A stretch of 32,000 bases of DNA from Kineococcus radiotolerans SRS30216 = ATCC BAA-149 (GTDB lineage Bacteria > Actinomycetota > Actinomycetes > Actinomycetales > Kineococcaceae), in assembly GCF_000017305.1 (NCBI RefSeq), contig NC_009664.2:600001-632000 (forward strand), read 5' to 3'. The notes under the pieces are model-generated. The model searched no databases, was not told the DNA's origin, and saw only the letters and a list, made by a program, of their open reading frames with translations. The translations under genes and the position numbers were made by a program. Positions within the stretch are counted from its first letter, which is position 1, and each line of letters begins with the position of its first letter. This document shows positions 23,943 to 32,000 of this stretch, piece after piece.

Positions 23943-24524
23943 GTGAGCGCGCACCGGACCCCGGGAGCGCCCGGGGCTCCGCCGGCCTTCGAGGCCGCGG
24001 TGGCCGCGGTGCGCGCCGTCCGCCTGCGCTCGGAGATCGTGCTGAGCGAGGTCCCGGCGCCGGCGCGCATCGCGCCGTTCGCGGTGGCCGTGGCCGGGGA
24101 CGTGGTCGTCGACGGCGACGAGCTGGCGACCGGCCGCTTCATCCTGCTGCACGACCCGTCCCGGCCCGCGGAGTGGGGCGGGGACTTCCGGGTCGTCACC
24201 TACGCGCGCGCCGACCTCGAGGCGGAGCTGGGCGGGGACCCGATGCTGGGCCAGGTCGGCTGGTCGTGGCTGGAGGAGGGGCTGGCCACCAGCGGGGCCC
24301 TGGCCACCGGGGTGGGGGGCACCGTGACGCGGGTGCTGTCGGAGGGCTACGGCGCGCTGGCCGGGCGCCCGGCGTCGGTCGACGTGGAGCTGCGCGCCTC
24401 CTGGACCCCGGCCGACCCGGCCGACATCGCGGCGCACCTGCACGCGTGGGGCGTCCTGGTGTGCACGGTGGCGGGCCTGCCGCCGCTGCCCGAGGGCGTC
24501 CTGCCGATCGGCCGCACCCGCTGA
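23943..24524 (+). CDS. DUF3000-like conserved actinobacterial protein
   Basis: Contains PAFEAAVAAVRAVRLRSEIVLSEVPAPARIAPFAVAV...GRFILLHDP...FRVVTYARA. It is divergent from hemE, as in mycobacteria. The start is GTG 23943 or GTG 23898. Confidence 0.7.
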   Translation: MSAHRTPGAPGAPPAFEAAVAAVRAVRLRSEIVLSEVPAPARIAPFAVAVAGDVVVDGDELATGRFILLHDPSRPAEWGGDFRVVTYARADLEAELGGDPMLGQVGWSWLEEGLATSGALATGVGGTVTRVLSEGYGALAGRPASVDVELRASWTPADPADIAAHLHAWGVLVCTVAGLPPLPEGVLPIGRTR

Positions 24525-24676
24525 GGCGCAGCGGGTCCGGCACCACCCCGCGGGACCCGGCGGCCAGGAAGGTCGGTCGCGAACGTTCAAGGCGGGCCCC
24601 CGACGGGCCGATCACCTCCTCAGTAATCGAGGCGCACCGCAGTGGGCGGGCGCCGATCGCCTGCAGGAGGACGACG

Positions 24677-25279
24677 GTGACCGCACTGGTCGAACGCCCC
24701 GGGATGGCCGTCCCGTCCCGGCTCGGCCGCTTCGCGGCCCTGGTCGCGGTGGCGGACCCCGCCGTCCGCGAATCCGTGACCCGCACCCTGCGCATGCTGG
24801 GTGCGATCAACGTGGAGCACGCCACCAGCGTCGCCCAGGCCCGCGCGATGGCCCGCACCGGCCCGCGGGCCCTGTTCATCGCCGACGCCGGCCTGCCCGA
24901 CGGCTCCGGCGCCCAGCTGGTCTCGGAGCTGCGCGCGGCGGGCTGGAACCGCTGCGTGGTGCTCTCGTCCAACGCCGACCCGTTCGCGGTCCGCGGGGCG
25001 GTCGCGGCCGGGGTGCGCTGCTACCTGGTGACGACGCGCCCCGAGGGCGTCGGGTTCGAGGGCCGCGGCGGCGAGAACGGCGTGGACTCGCTGTCCGAGC
25101 GCGAGATCGAGGTGCTCCAGCACGTCGCCGACGGCCGCTCCAACAAGGACACCGGGGCGGCGCTGGGCCTGTCCGCGCTGACGGTGAAGAGCCACCTGGC
25201 CCGCATCGCCCGCAAGCTCGGCACCGGCGACCGCGCCGAGATGGTCGCCATCACCCTGCGGGCCGGCGTCATCCAGTGA
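24677..25279 (+). CDS. LuxR/NarL-family response regulator with an atypical receiver domain
   Basis: C-terminal HTH (LSEREIEVLQHVADGRSNKDTGAALGLSALTVKSHLARIARKLG). The receiver has the phospho-Asp context LFIADAGLPDGSG, but AD replaces DD and YLVT replaces YLxK. GTG 24677 is preceded by CAGGAGGA. Confidence 0.85.
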   Translation: MTALVERPGMAVPSRLGRFAALVAVADPAVRESVTRTLRMLGAINVEHATSVAQARAMARTGPRALFIADAGLPDGSGAQLVSELRAAGWNRCVVLSSNADPFAVRGAVAAGVRCYLVTTRPEGVGFEGRGGENGVDSLSEREIEVLQHVADGRSNKDTGAALGLSALTVKSHLARIARKLGTGDRAEMVAITLRAGVIQ

Positions 25280-25309
25280 CGCCGCGCTGACGCCGCGCTG
25301 ACGTCGCGC
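25277..25309. repeat. 11-nt tandem repeat TGACGCCGCGC x3 starting at the response-regulator stop codon
   Basis: Units at 25277-25287 and 25288-25298 are identical. The unit at 25299-25309 has one mismatch. The three TGAs fall in three different frames. Confidence 0.85.
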
Positions 25310-25366
25310 CGACCGCGCCGGGCACGCCCCGGCCGGGCCGCACCACCGGTCACGTACGGTGGTGCG

Positions 25367-26650
25367 GTGACGAACGCGCCGACGCAGCAGCAGGAGCAGG
25401 AACAGGCCGAGCCTGAGCTCCCCATGCTCTCGGCCCCCGCCGACGGCCTGCCGCCCGTGGTGGCCGACGAGGCCGCCCTGGCGCGCACCGTCGCCGCGTT
25501 CGCCGCCGGCACCGGTCCCGTCGCCGTCGACGCCGAGCGCGCCTCGGGCTACCGCTACGGCCAGCGCGCGTTCCTCGTCCAGCTGCGCCGCGAGGGGGCC
25601 GGGACGGCGCTGATCGACCCCGACGCCCTCCCCGACCTCTCCTCCCTCGGCGCGGTCCTCGCCGACGCGGAGTGGGTGCTGCACGCCGCCAACCAGGACC
25701 TCCCGTGCCTGGCCGAGGTGGGCATGCGCCCCACCCGCCTCTTCGACACCGAGCTCGGTTCCCGCATCGCGGGGCTGCCGCGGGTCGGGCTCGGCGCGGT
25801 CGTGGAGGAGCTGCTCGGGCTGCGCCTGGCCAAGGAGCACTCCGCGGTGGACTGGTCCACGCGCCCGCTGCCCGAGCCGTGGCTGACCTACGCCGCCCTC
25901 GACGTGGAGGTCCTCGTCCAGGTGCGCGACGCCCTCGCCGAGCGCCTCGCCGCGCAGGGGAAGCTGGAGTGGGCCCTGGAGGAGTTCGCGGCCGTCGCCG
26001 ACGCCCCGGCTCCGGTGCCCCCGGCCGAACCGTGGCGGCGCGTCTCGGGTCTGCACGCGGTGCGCTCGCGCCGGCAGCTCGCCGTGGTGCGGGCGCTGTG
26101 GCAGGCCCGCGACGAGGAGGCCCGCCGGCGCGACACCTCCCCCGGGCGGCTGCTGCCGGACTCCGCGATCGTCGCCGCCGCCCGCGCCACCCCCCGCACC
26201 CCCCAGGCGCTGGCCTCGACGTCGGGGTTCACCGGGCGGGCGGCGAAGTCGAAGCTGCAGACGTGGGCCGACGCGGTGGCCGCGGCCCTCGCCCTGCCCG
26301 AGGCCGACCTGCCCGCGCACACCCCCCGCGGCGACGGGCCGCCCCCGCCGCGGGCCTGGGCGGCCAAGGACCCCCTCGCCGCCGCCCGCCTGGGCGCGGC
26401 GCGGGCCGCGGTCACCGCGCTGGCCGAGGAGCACGGGCTGCCGGTGGAGAACCTCCTGCAGCCCGACGCGCTGCGGCGGGTGGCGTGGGCTCCCCCGCAG
26501 CCGCTGGAGGCCGAGGGGGTGCGGGCCGCGCTGGCCGCGCGGGGGGCCCGCCCCTGGCAGCTGGACCTCGTGGCCGCCCCGGTGGCCGCCGCGATGGCGC
26601 AGGCCCGGGTCACCGAGGCGGACCCCGGCCCGGCGCCGGTCGAGGACTGA
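25367..26650 (+). CDS. rnd: Ribonuclease D (DEDD 3'-5' exonuclease plus HRDC domain)
   Basis: Contains VAVDAERASGYRYGQRAFLVQL, HAANQDLPCL and YAALDVEVLVQVRDAL (ExoI-III motifs), plus an HRDC-like C-terminal half. Confidence 0.85.
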   Translation: MTNAPTQQQEQEQAEPELPMLSAPADGLPPVVADEAALARTVAAFAAGTGPVAVDAERASGYRYGQRAFLVQLRREGAGTALIDPDALPDLSSLGAVLADAEWVLHAANQDLPCLAEVGMRPTRLFDTELGSRIAGLPRVGLGAVVEELLGLRLAKEHSAVDWSTRPLPEPWLTYAALDVEVLVQVRDALAERLAAQGKLEWALEEFAAVADAPAPVPPAEPWRRVSGLHAVRSRRQLAVVRALWQARDEEARRRDTSPGRLLPDSAIVAAARATPRTPQALASTSGFTGRAAKSKLQTWADAVAAALALPEADLPAHTPRGDGPPPPRAWAAKDPLAAARLGAARAAVTALAEEHGLPVENLLQPDALRRVAWAPPQPLEAEGVRAALAARGARPWQLDLVAAPVAAAMAQARVTEADPGPAPVED

Positions 26651-26744
26651 GCCGACACCGCTCCGCTTGCCGCCGGGCCGTGCCTGCGTCAAGGTCGTAC
26701 CCCGCCACGACGAGGTGGTGCGGCCGAACTCGACGGAGGTGGAC

Positions 26745-27164
26745 GTGGAACGTCTCACCCTGCACGACCAGCTCTCCGCGGCCGCCATGGCCCGGCACTG
26801 GGTCTGCGACCACTGCCCCGAGCAGCACCTGCCCGCGGCCCGGCGCTGGATCGCGGAGCTGCTGACCAGCGAGCTCGTCGTCAACGCCCTCGCCCACGGC
26901 CGCGGGCCGGTGGTGCTGTCGCTGACCCACGACGAGGAGGGCATCCTCGTGGGGATCTCCGACTCCGACGAGCGGGTCCCCACCCTGCGCGCGCAGTCCC
27001 CGGGGGCCACCGCCGGGCGGGGGATCGCGCTGGTGGACGCGCTGGCCACCACCTGGGGCGTCTACGGCAGCGACGGCAGCCGCACCGACGCGGACACGGG
27101 GGGCTGGCCCCGCCCGCAGGAGTCCGGCGGCAAGACCGTCTGGTTCCACCTCGCCACCGGCTGA
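26745..27164 (+). CDS. ATP-binding protein of the HATPase_c_2 / RsbW-like anti-sigma serine kinase type
   Basis: Contains SELVVNALAHG (N-box), LVGISDSD and GRGIALVDALATTWG. GTG 26745 is preceded by ACGGAGG. The track start at 26667 is less likely. Confidence 0.65.
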   Translation: MERLTLHDQLSAAAMARHWVCDHCPEQHLPAARRWIAELLTSELVVNALAHGRGPVVLSLTHDEEGILVGISDSDERVPTLRAQSPGATAGRGIALVDALATTWGVYGSDGSRTDADTGGWPRPQESGGKTVWFHLATG

Positions 27165-27220
27165 CCCGTCCGGGGGACGCCGGGACGTGCGCCGGAGCGC
27201 TCTCGCCTACGGTCGGCCAC

Positions 27221-28054
27221 GTGAGCCCCGAACAGCCGCCCCCCGTCCGGGCCCTCCTGCGACGCAGCGTGCTCGCGACCAGCGTGCTGGACGACCTCGA
27301 CGTCGACCTCGACGACGACGGGGTCCGGCTGCCCGGGTGCAGCCCGCTGGAGTGGTCCGACCTGGCCCGCACGGCCGCCGGGGCGGACGAGGACGTCGCC
27401 CGGCTGCGGGTGGGCGAGCTGCTGCACGCCCACCGGGAGCTGCACCGCGACGGGGCCCGCACCGTGCCGCTGGCGATCCCGGTCGGCGCGGACCGCCACC
27501 CCGCCTACGGGTGGCCCCACGTCCCCCAGCTCGGGGGCGCGCTGGACCTCGGGCTGGGGGTCGTCGTCCGGACCGGGACCGGTGACCGCGCCCGGGAGCG
27601 GACCGTGCCGGTCCCCGTCGGCTCCGCCCGCGCCACGGGCCGCTCGCCCCGGCTGGGCGAGGTCGACCTCGCCCGGCTGGAGGACATCGGCGCCCTGGTG
27701 GCGCGCCGCCTCGTCCGCGACGCGGGCAGCCGCGGGCTGGGCGCCGGCGACGGCGTCCTGCGTCCCGTCGCCGGGTGCGACGTCCCGACCCTGCTGGCCT
27801 CGGCGACCCTGCGCGAGCACCTGGTCGCCGGACCCGACCGGACGGTGGGGAACGTGCTGCGCGCGATCGCCGTGCCCGACCGCACGCGCGGCTGGTTCGA
27901 CCTGACCCGCATCGACCCCGCCTACGTGGGGGCGGCCTGGATGGCCACCGACGCGGCGGACCGCGGCTTCCGCCGGCCGGTGCTGGTGACCCGCTCGGAG
28001 GTGGCGCTCGCGCCGACCTCGCCGCGGCTGGTGGAGGACGTGCTCGCCGACTGA
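27221..28054 (+). CDS. Hypothetical protein (277 aa)
   Basis: Long ORF with consistent G/C-ending codons and non-repetitive composition. GTG start at 27221. No family was recognised. Confidence 0.6.
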   Translation: MSPEQPPPVRALLRRSVLATSVLDDLDVDLDDDGVRLPGCSPLEWSDLARTAAGADEDVARLRVGELLHAHRELHRDGARTVPLAIPVGADRHPAYGWPHVPQLGGALDLGLGVVVRTGTGDRARERTVPVPVGSARATGRSPRLGEVDLARLEDIGALVARRLVRDAGSRGLGAGDGVLRPVAGCDVPTLLASATLREHLVAGPDRTVGNVLRAIAVPDRTRGWFDLTRIDPAYVGAAWMATDAADRGFRRPVLVTRSEVALAPTSPRLVEDVLAD

Positions 28055-28176
28055 ACCCCCGTGCGGGAGGCTGCGGTCGTGGTCCCGACCCGCGGTGCCG
28101 TCCGCCCGCCGTCCGCCGCCGTGCCCGCCGCCCTCCCCGCGGGGGCGCTCCCCGCGAGGGGTCCGGGGGCCCGGCG

Positions 28177-28572
28177 GTGAGCGCCGAGGAGGTCCTCGCC
28201 GCCGCGCGCGCGGGGCTGGACCGGCTGACGCCGCAGCGGTTGCGGGCCGAGCAGGAGGCGGGGGCGCTCGTCGTCGACACCCGCACCCCCGCCCACCGGG
28301 CCGCGCAGGGCGAGTTCCCCGGGGCGCTGGTCATCGACCGGACCGTCCTGGAGTGGCGCCTGGACCCCACCGGCCCGCACCGGATCCCGGAGGCGACCGG
28401 TCCGGACCTGCGGGTCGTCGTGGTGTGCCGGCACGGCTACAGCTCCAGCCTCGCCGCGGCGTCGCTGCGGGCGGTGGGCCTGTCCCGGGCCACCGACCTG
28501 GTGGGCGGGGTGGAGGCGTGGATCGCCGCCGGGTTCCCCGTCCACCGCGGCCCGGTGGACCTGCGGGAGTGA
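28177..28572 (+). CDS. Single-domain rhodanese-like sulfurtransferase
   Basis: Contains ALVVDTRTPAHRAAQGEFPGAL, the active-site loop VVVCRHGYSSS and GGVEAW. GTG 28177 is in frame with track ORF 27775..28572. Confidence 0.8.
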   Translation: MSAEEVLAAARAGLDRLTPQRLRAEQEAGALVVDTRTPAHRAAQGEFPGALVIDRTVLEWRLDPTGPHRIPEATGPDLRVVVVCRHGYSSSLAAASLRAVGLSRATDLVGGVEAWIAAGFPVHRGPVDLRE

Positions 28573-28585
28573 GCGCGCGGGCGGC

Positions 28586-30517
28586 CTAGCGCGGGGGCAC
28601 CGCGGCGGAGGGCCCCGGGCGCTCCGGCTGACCCGTGCGGGCCACCGCCTCGACCAGGGCGCGGGCCACGTCCTGCGGGGCCAGGCCCGCCTCGTCGAGG
28701 AGGGCGTCGCGGGCCCCGACGTCGAGGAACCGCTGCGGCAGGGCGAAGCCGTGCACCGGGGTGGCGTCGTCGCGCTCGCGCAGGCCGGCGGCCAGCGCCC
28801 ACCCGACCCCGCCGACCTCGCCCCCGTCCTCGAGGACGGCGACGTGGCGGTGGCTGCGGGCGAGGTCCACCAGCGCCTCGTCCACGGGCACCACCCAGCG
28901 TGGGTCGACGACGGTGACCCCGACGCCGTGGGCGCGCAGGCGGGCGGCGACGTCGAGGGCGCGGGTCACCAGGGCGCCGACGGCGACGAGGAGGACGTCG
29001 TCGCCCTGCGCCCAGGCCGGGCCCTCCAGGACGTCGGCGTGCCCGGTGCGGGCGATCGCAGGGATCGCCGCGGGGACCTTCCCCTTGCTGAAGCGCAGCA
29101 CGGTGGGGGCGTCGTCGACGTCGACGGCCTCGCGCAGCTCCGCGCGCAGGGTGGCGGCGTCGCGCGGGGCGGCCAGGCGCAGGCCGGGCACGAGCCGGCA
29201 CAGCCCGAGGTCCCACACCCCGTGGTGGCTGGGGCCGTCGGGCCCGGTGACCCCGGCGCGGTCGAGGACGAGGGTGACCCCGGCCCGGTGCAGGCCCACG
29301 TCGAGCAGGAGCTGGTCGAAGGCGCGGTTGAGGAAGGTGGCGTAGACGGCGACGACGGGGTGCAGCCCGCCGGCGGCCATGCCGGCGGCGGAGGTGACGG
29401 CGTGCTGCTCGGCGATGCCGACGTCGAAGACGCGCTCGGGGTGGGCCCGGGCGAAGGGTTCCAGGCCCACGGGGGCGCGCATGGCGGCGGTGACGCCCAC
29501 GACGTCGGGGCGCTCGTCGGCGATGGCGAGGACCTCGTCGGCGAAGACGCTGGTCCACGACGAGCCGGACGTGGCCTGCGCCTCCCCCGTCTCGGGGTCG
29601 ATGACCCCCACGGCGTGGAAGCGGTCGGCGTCGTCGGCCAGGGCGGGCTGGTAGCCGCGGCCCTTCTGGGTGATGACGTGGACGATGACGGGCCCGCCGA
29701 AGGAGCGCGCGCGGCGCAGGGCGTGCTCGACGGCCTCGGTGTCGTGCCCGTCGACGGGCCCGACGTACTTCAGGCCGAGGTCCTCGAACAGCCCCTGCGG
29801 GGCGACGATGTCCTTGAGGCCCTTCTTCACCCCGTGCAGCGTCGCGTGGGCCAGCCGGCCGGGGGTCCCGCCGCGCTTGAGGGACTGCTTGCCCCAGTCC
29901 AGGAGCTTCTCGTACTCGCGGGTGGTGCGCAGGGTCGCGAGGTGGGAGGCCATGCCGCCGGTGGTGGGGGCGTAGGAGCGCTCGTTGTCGTTGACGACGA
30001 CGATGACCGGGCGCTGGGCGTCGGCGATGTTGTTCAGCGCCTCCCAGGCCATGCCGCCGGTCAGCGCGCCGTCGCCGATGACGGCCACGACGCGGCGCCC
30101 GTGCTCGCCCTGGCTCTCCCCGCGCAGCTCGAAGGCCTTGGCCAGGCCGTCGGCCCAGGACAGCGAGGTGGAGGCGTGGGAGTTCTCCACCACGTCGTGC
30201 TCGCTCTCGGCGCGCGAGGGGTACCCGGCCAGCCCGCCGGCCTCGCGCAGCCGGGAGAAGTCCTGCCGGCCGGTGAGGAGCTTGTGCACGTAGCTCTGGT
30301 GCCCGGTGTCGAGGACCAGCCGGTCGCGGGGGGAGTCGAAGACGCGGTGCAGCGCGATGGTCAGCTCGACGACGCCGAGGTTGGGCCCCAGGTGCCCGCC
30401 GGTGCGGCTGACCGCGTCGACGAGGAAGGCGCGGACCTCCTCGGCGAGGGCGGGCAGCTCCTCGGCGGGCAGGGACTTGAGGTCCTGGGGCCCCTTGATG
30501 GTCTCGAGCAGCCCCAT
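28586..30517 (-). CDS. dxs: 1-deoxy-D-xylulose-5-phosphate synthase
   Basis: Starts [16 protein letters not shown]. Contains [44 protein letters not shown] and [14 protein letters not shown] 30517 is preceded by AGGAGG. Confidence 0.93.
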   Translation of the reverse strand: MGLLETIKGPQDLKSLPAEELPALAEEVRAFLVDAVSRTGGHLGPNLGVVELTIALHRVFDSPRDRLVLDTGHQSYVHKLLTGRQDFSRLREAGGLAGYPSRAESEHDVVENSHASTSLSWADGLAKAFELRGESQGEHGRRVVAVIGDGALTGGMAWEALNNIADAQRPVIVVVNDNERSYAPTTGGMASHLATLRTTREYEKLLDWGKQSLKRGGTPGRLAHATLHGVKKGLKDIVAPQGLFEDLGLKYVGPVDGHDTEAVEHALRRARSFGGPVIVHVITQKGRGYQPALADDADRFHAVGVIDPETGEAQATSGSSWTSVFADEVLAIADERPDVVGVTAAMRAPVGLEPFARAHPERVFDVGIAEQHAVTSAAGMAAGGLHPVVAVYATFLNRAFDQLLLDVGLHRAGVTLVLDRAGVTGPDGPSHHGVWDLGLCRLVPGLRLAAPRDAATLRAELREAVDVDDAPTVLRFSKGKVPAAIPAIARTGHADVLEGPAWAQGDDVLLVAVGALVTRALDVAARLRAHGVGVTVVDPRWVVPVDEALVDLARSHRHVAVLEDGGEVGGVGWALAAGLRERDDATPVHGFALPQRFLDVGARDALLDEAGLAPQDVARALVEAVARTGQPERPGPSAAVPPR

Positions 30518-30644
30518 GCGGGGTGGCCTCCTGGGTCGCGGGGTCGGGCAGGACGTCGTGGTGGGTCGGACGGGGCGAGTGTAGGAGCCGCGCCGGGGCC
30601 CGGGGCCGCAGACCGCCCGTGCGGGCGAAGCGTTCACGGGCGGC

Positions 30645-31025
30645 TCACATCCGGGGCACGAACCGGCGCCCGCGCACGGCCTGCTCCAGCAGGTCCACCG
30701 CCCGGGCCAGCCGGCGCAGCCGCAGCTCCTCGCGGTCGAGGACGTCGAAGAGCCGGGGGGCGACCTCGGGGGGCAGCTCCTGCGACAGGTCCCGGCGGGC
30801 GGTGCTGCGGGCCGCGCGCAGGGCCTCCTGCTGGGCCCGGACGTGGTGGGCGACCAGCCAGGCCAGCAGCAGCGGGTGGTGGCGCACCACGGCGTAGGAG
30901 CGGAACTCCGGGGGCGCCTGGTCCAGCAGCCAGGTCACCGCGTCGGCCTGCCACTCCCCCGCGCCCGGGGGCGGCACCTCCTGGGGCCACCCCGGCGGGC
31001 CGTGCCGCGGCCGTGGTTCGAACAC
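30645..31025 (-). CDS. Hypothetical protein (126 aa)
   Basis: GTG 31025 is preceded by GTAGGA. The helical C-terminal half reads [36 protein letters not shown].... A hairpin (30613-30621 with 30635-30643) follows the stop. Confidence 0.5.
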   Translation of the reverse strand: MFEPRPRHGPPGWPQEVPPPGAGEWQADAVTWLLDQAPPEFRSYAVVRHHPLLLAWLVAHHVRAQQEALRAARSTARRDLSQELPPEVAPRLFDVLDREELRLRRLARAVDLLEQAVRGRRFVPRM

Positions 31026-31051
31026 GGGTTCGATCCTACGGCGCCGGGGCG

Positions 31052-31177
31052 TCAGGGGCTGACGGCGCTGACGACCTCCCGGGTCGTGCTCACGTGGGAG
31101 GTCACCTCGGCGGCGGGCACCGCGGCGACGAGGCAGGCGACGGCGCCGAGGCCGGCGAGGGCGAGGGCGAATCTCAT
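31052..31177 (-). CDS. Candidate 41-aa signal-peptide/TM microprotein (below the ORF-track cutoff)
   Basis: ATG 31177 to TGA 31052 encodes MRFALALAGLGAVACLVAAVPAAEVTSHVSTTREVVSAVSP. Nearly all codons end in G/C. The RBS is weak. Confidence 0.3.
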   Translation of the reverse strand: MRFALALAGLGAVACLVAAVPAAEVTSHVSTTREVVSAVSP

Positions 31178-31335
31178 GGCGGGCACCCCGGGGGGTCGGA
31201 CGGGACGGGACCCCCTGGTGATCGGCCGCGACGGCGGCGGGGCTGAGCCCGTTCACCGTCGCGGCCGACCGCCGTCACGCAGCGTCGACCCGTCCCGCCC
31301 GGACGGGTCAGGGACGGGCCGGGGGCGTCACCCCC

Positions 31336-32000
31336 TCAGCGGAGGAGGGGGTCCAGCCGCAGGTGGTCGGCCTCGATGCGGTCCGCGCGCTGCAGGTCCT
31401 CCTCGAAGTCGACCTCGACGACGTCGAACCTGGACACGTCCACGGGGGCGACGTGCAGGCCGCGGCGGGCGATGGCCGTCTCCAGGCCCCGCTCGAAGTA
31501 GTCGTCGTCGGCGCAGGCGCGCAGCTCCTCGACGAGGACCGCCTTGTCACGGGAGGAGACGTGGTTGATGCCGACCGCCTCCCCGAGGCCGCCGCGCACC
31601 GTCTTGGACAGCTCCCGCACGAAGCCCTCGGCGTCGACGGTGTACTTGACCTCCTCCTCGGCGACGGAGGCGGTGTTCACGCAGACGAACGTCTCGTCGC
31701 GGTCCAGCCACGGCTGGACGTGGCGCAGGATGCGCGGGTCGAAGACCACGTCGCCGTTCATCCACAGCACGCCCCCGGGGTGGGAGGTCTCCAGGGCGCG
31801 CAGCAGGCTCTTGGAGGTGTTCGTGGAGTCGAACCGCTCGTTGTAGACGAAGCGCAGGTCCGGGTGGGCCTCCATGACGACGGTGGCCTTGAACCCGACG
31901 ACGACGGTGACGCGCACCTCCGCCGACAGCGCGGAGCGCAGGTGGTCCACCTGCTGGCGCATGATCGTGCGCCCGTCGCGCAGCACGGTCTGGGACTTCG
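31336..32000 (-). CDS. NTP-transferase-domain protein (LicC/phosphocholine cytidylyltransferase-like), N-terminus beyond the right edge
   Basis: Contains YNERFDSTNTSKSLLRALE...GGVLWMNGDVVFDP and GEAVGINHVS, typical of the small sugar/alcohol-phosphate nucleotidyltransferase family. The ORF is open to the window end. Confidence 0.65.
   Translation of the reverse strand, partial: KSQTVLRDGRTIMRQQVDHLRSALSAEVRVTVVVGFKATVVMEAHPDLRFVYNERFDSTNTSKSLLRALETSHPGGVLWMNGDVVFDPRILRHVQPWLDRDETFVCVNTASVAEEEVKYTVDAEGFVRELSKTVRGGLGEAVGINHVSSRDKAVLVEELRACADDDYFERGLETAIARRGLHVAPVDVSRFDVVEVDFEEDLQRADRIEADHLRLDPLLR

Noticed and set aside
1-32000. Mobile elements, CRISPR arrays, prophage or toxin-antitoxin/defence modules.
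   Set aside because: No transposase, integrase or recombinase-like translation was seen. No regularly spaced direct repeats or terminal inverted repeats flank any block. The only tRNA is tRNA-Sec within its functional cluster.

Overview
This is a high-GC (roughly 70-75% by eye) actinobacterial chromosomal segment. Most long ORFs in the track are Arg/Pro/Gly-rich shadow ORFs lying antisense or out of frame to real genes. My calls therefore rest on protein-family recognition, G/C-ending codon bias, RBS and start/stop coupling. Contents from left to right: (1) A complete selenocysteine-decoding locus: a selB fragment, selA, tRNA-Sec and divergent selD. (2) An MCP chemoreceptor. (3) A minus-strand operon fdhA(Sec)-fdhB-nrfD-like-focA. 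The two ORF-track pieces 10707..11426 and 7824..10694 are one gene, joined by an in-frame UGA that is followed by an E. coli fdhF-like SECIS hairpin. (4) An aldo-keto reductase. (5) An ECF-sigma/Asp23 stress cluster with three Asp23 paralogues and a membrane-protein gene that changes reading frame next to a 9-bp triple repeat. (6) A DoxX-like / alpha-beta hydrolase / flavin amine oxidase operon in which the amine oxidase appears circularly permuted. (7) A conserved actinobacterial core block (msrB, hemQ-hemY-hemE, DUF3000, RNase D, dxs). It is interrupted by an atypical orphan LuxR-type response regulator, an RsbW-like kinase, a 277-aa hypothetical protein and a rhodanese. (8) A partial NTP-transferase gene at the right edge. 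I recognised no rRNA, CRISPR array, transposase, integrase or phage gene. The most unusual items are the permuted amine oxidase, the compact Sec island serving a Tat-less NrfD-anchored formate dehydrogenase, the frame switch in the Asp23-cluster membrane gene, and the GGAAC-rich long divergent control region of the ECF/Asp23 cluster. All homology statements come from reading the translations. No database search was run.
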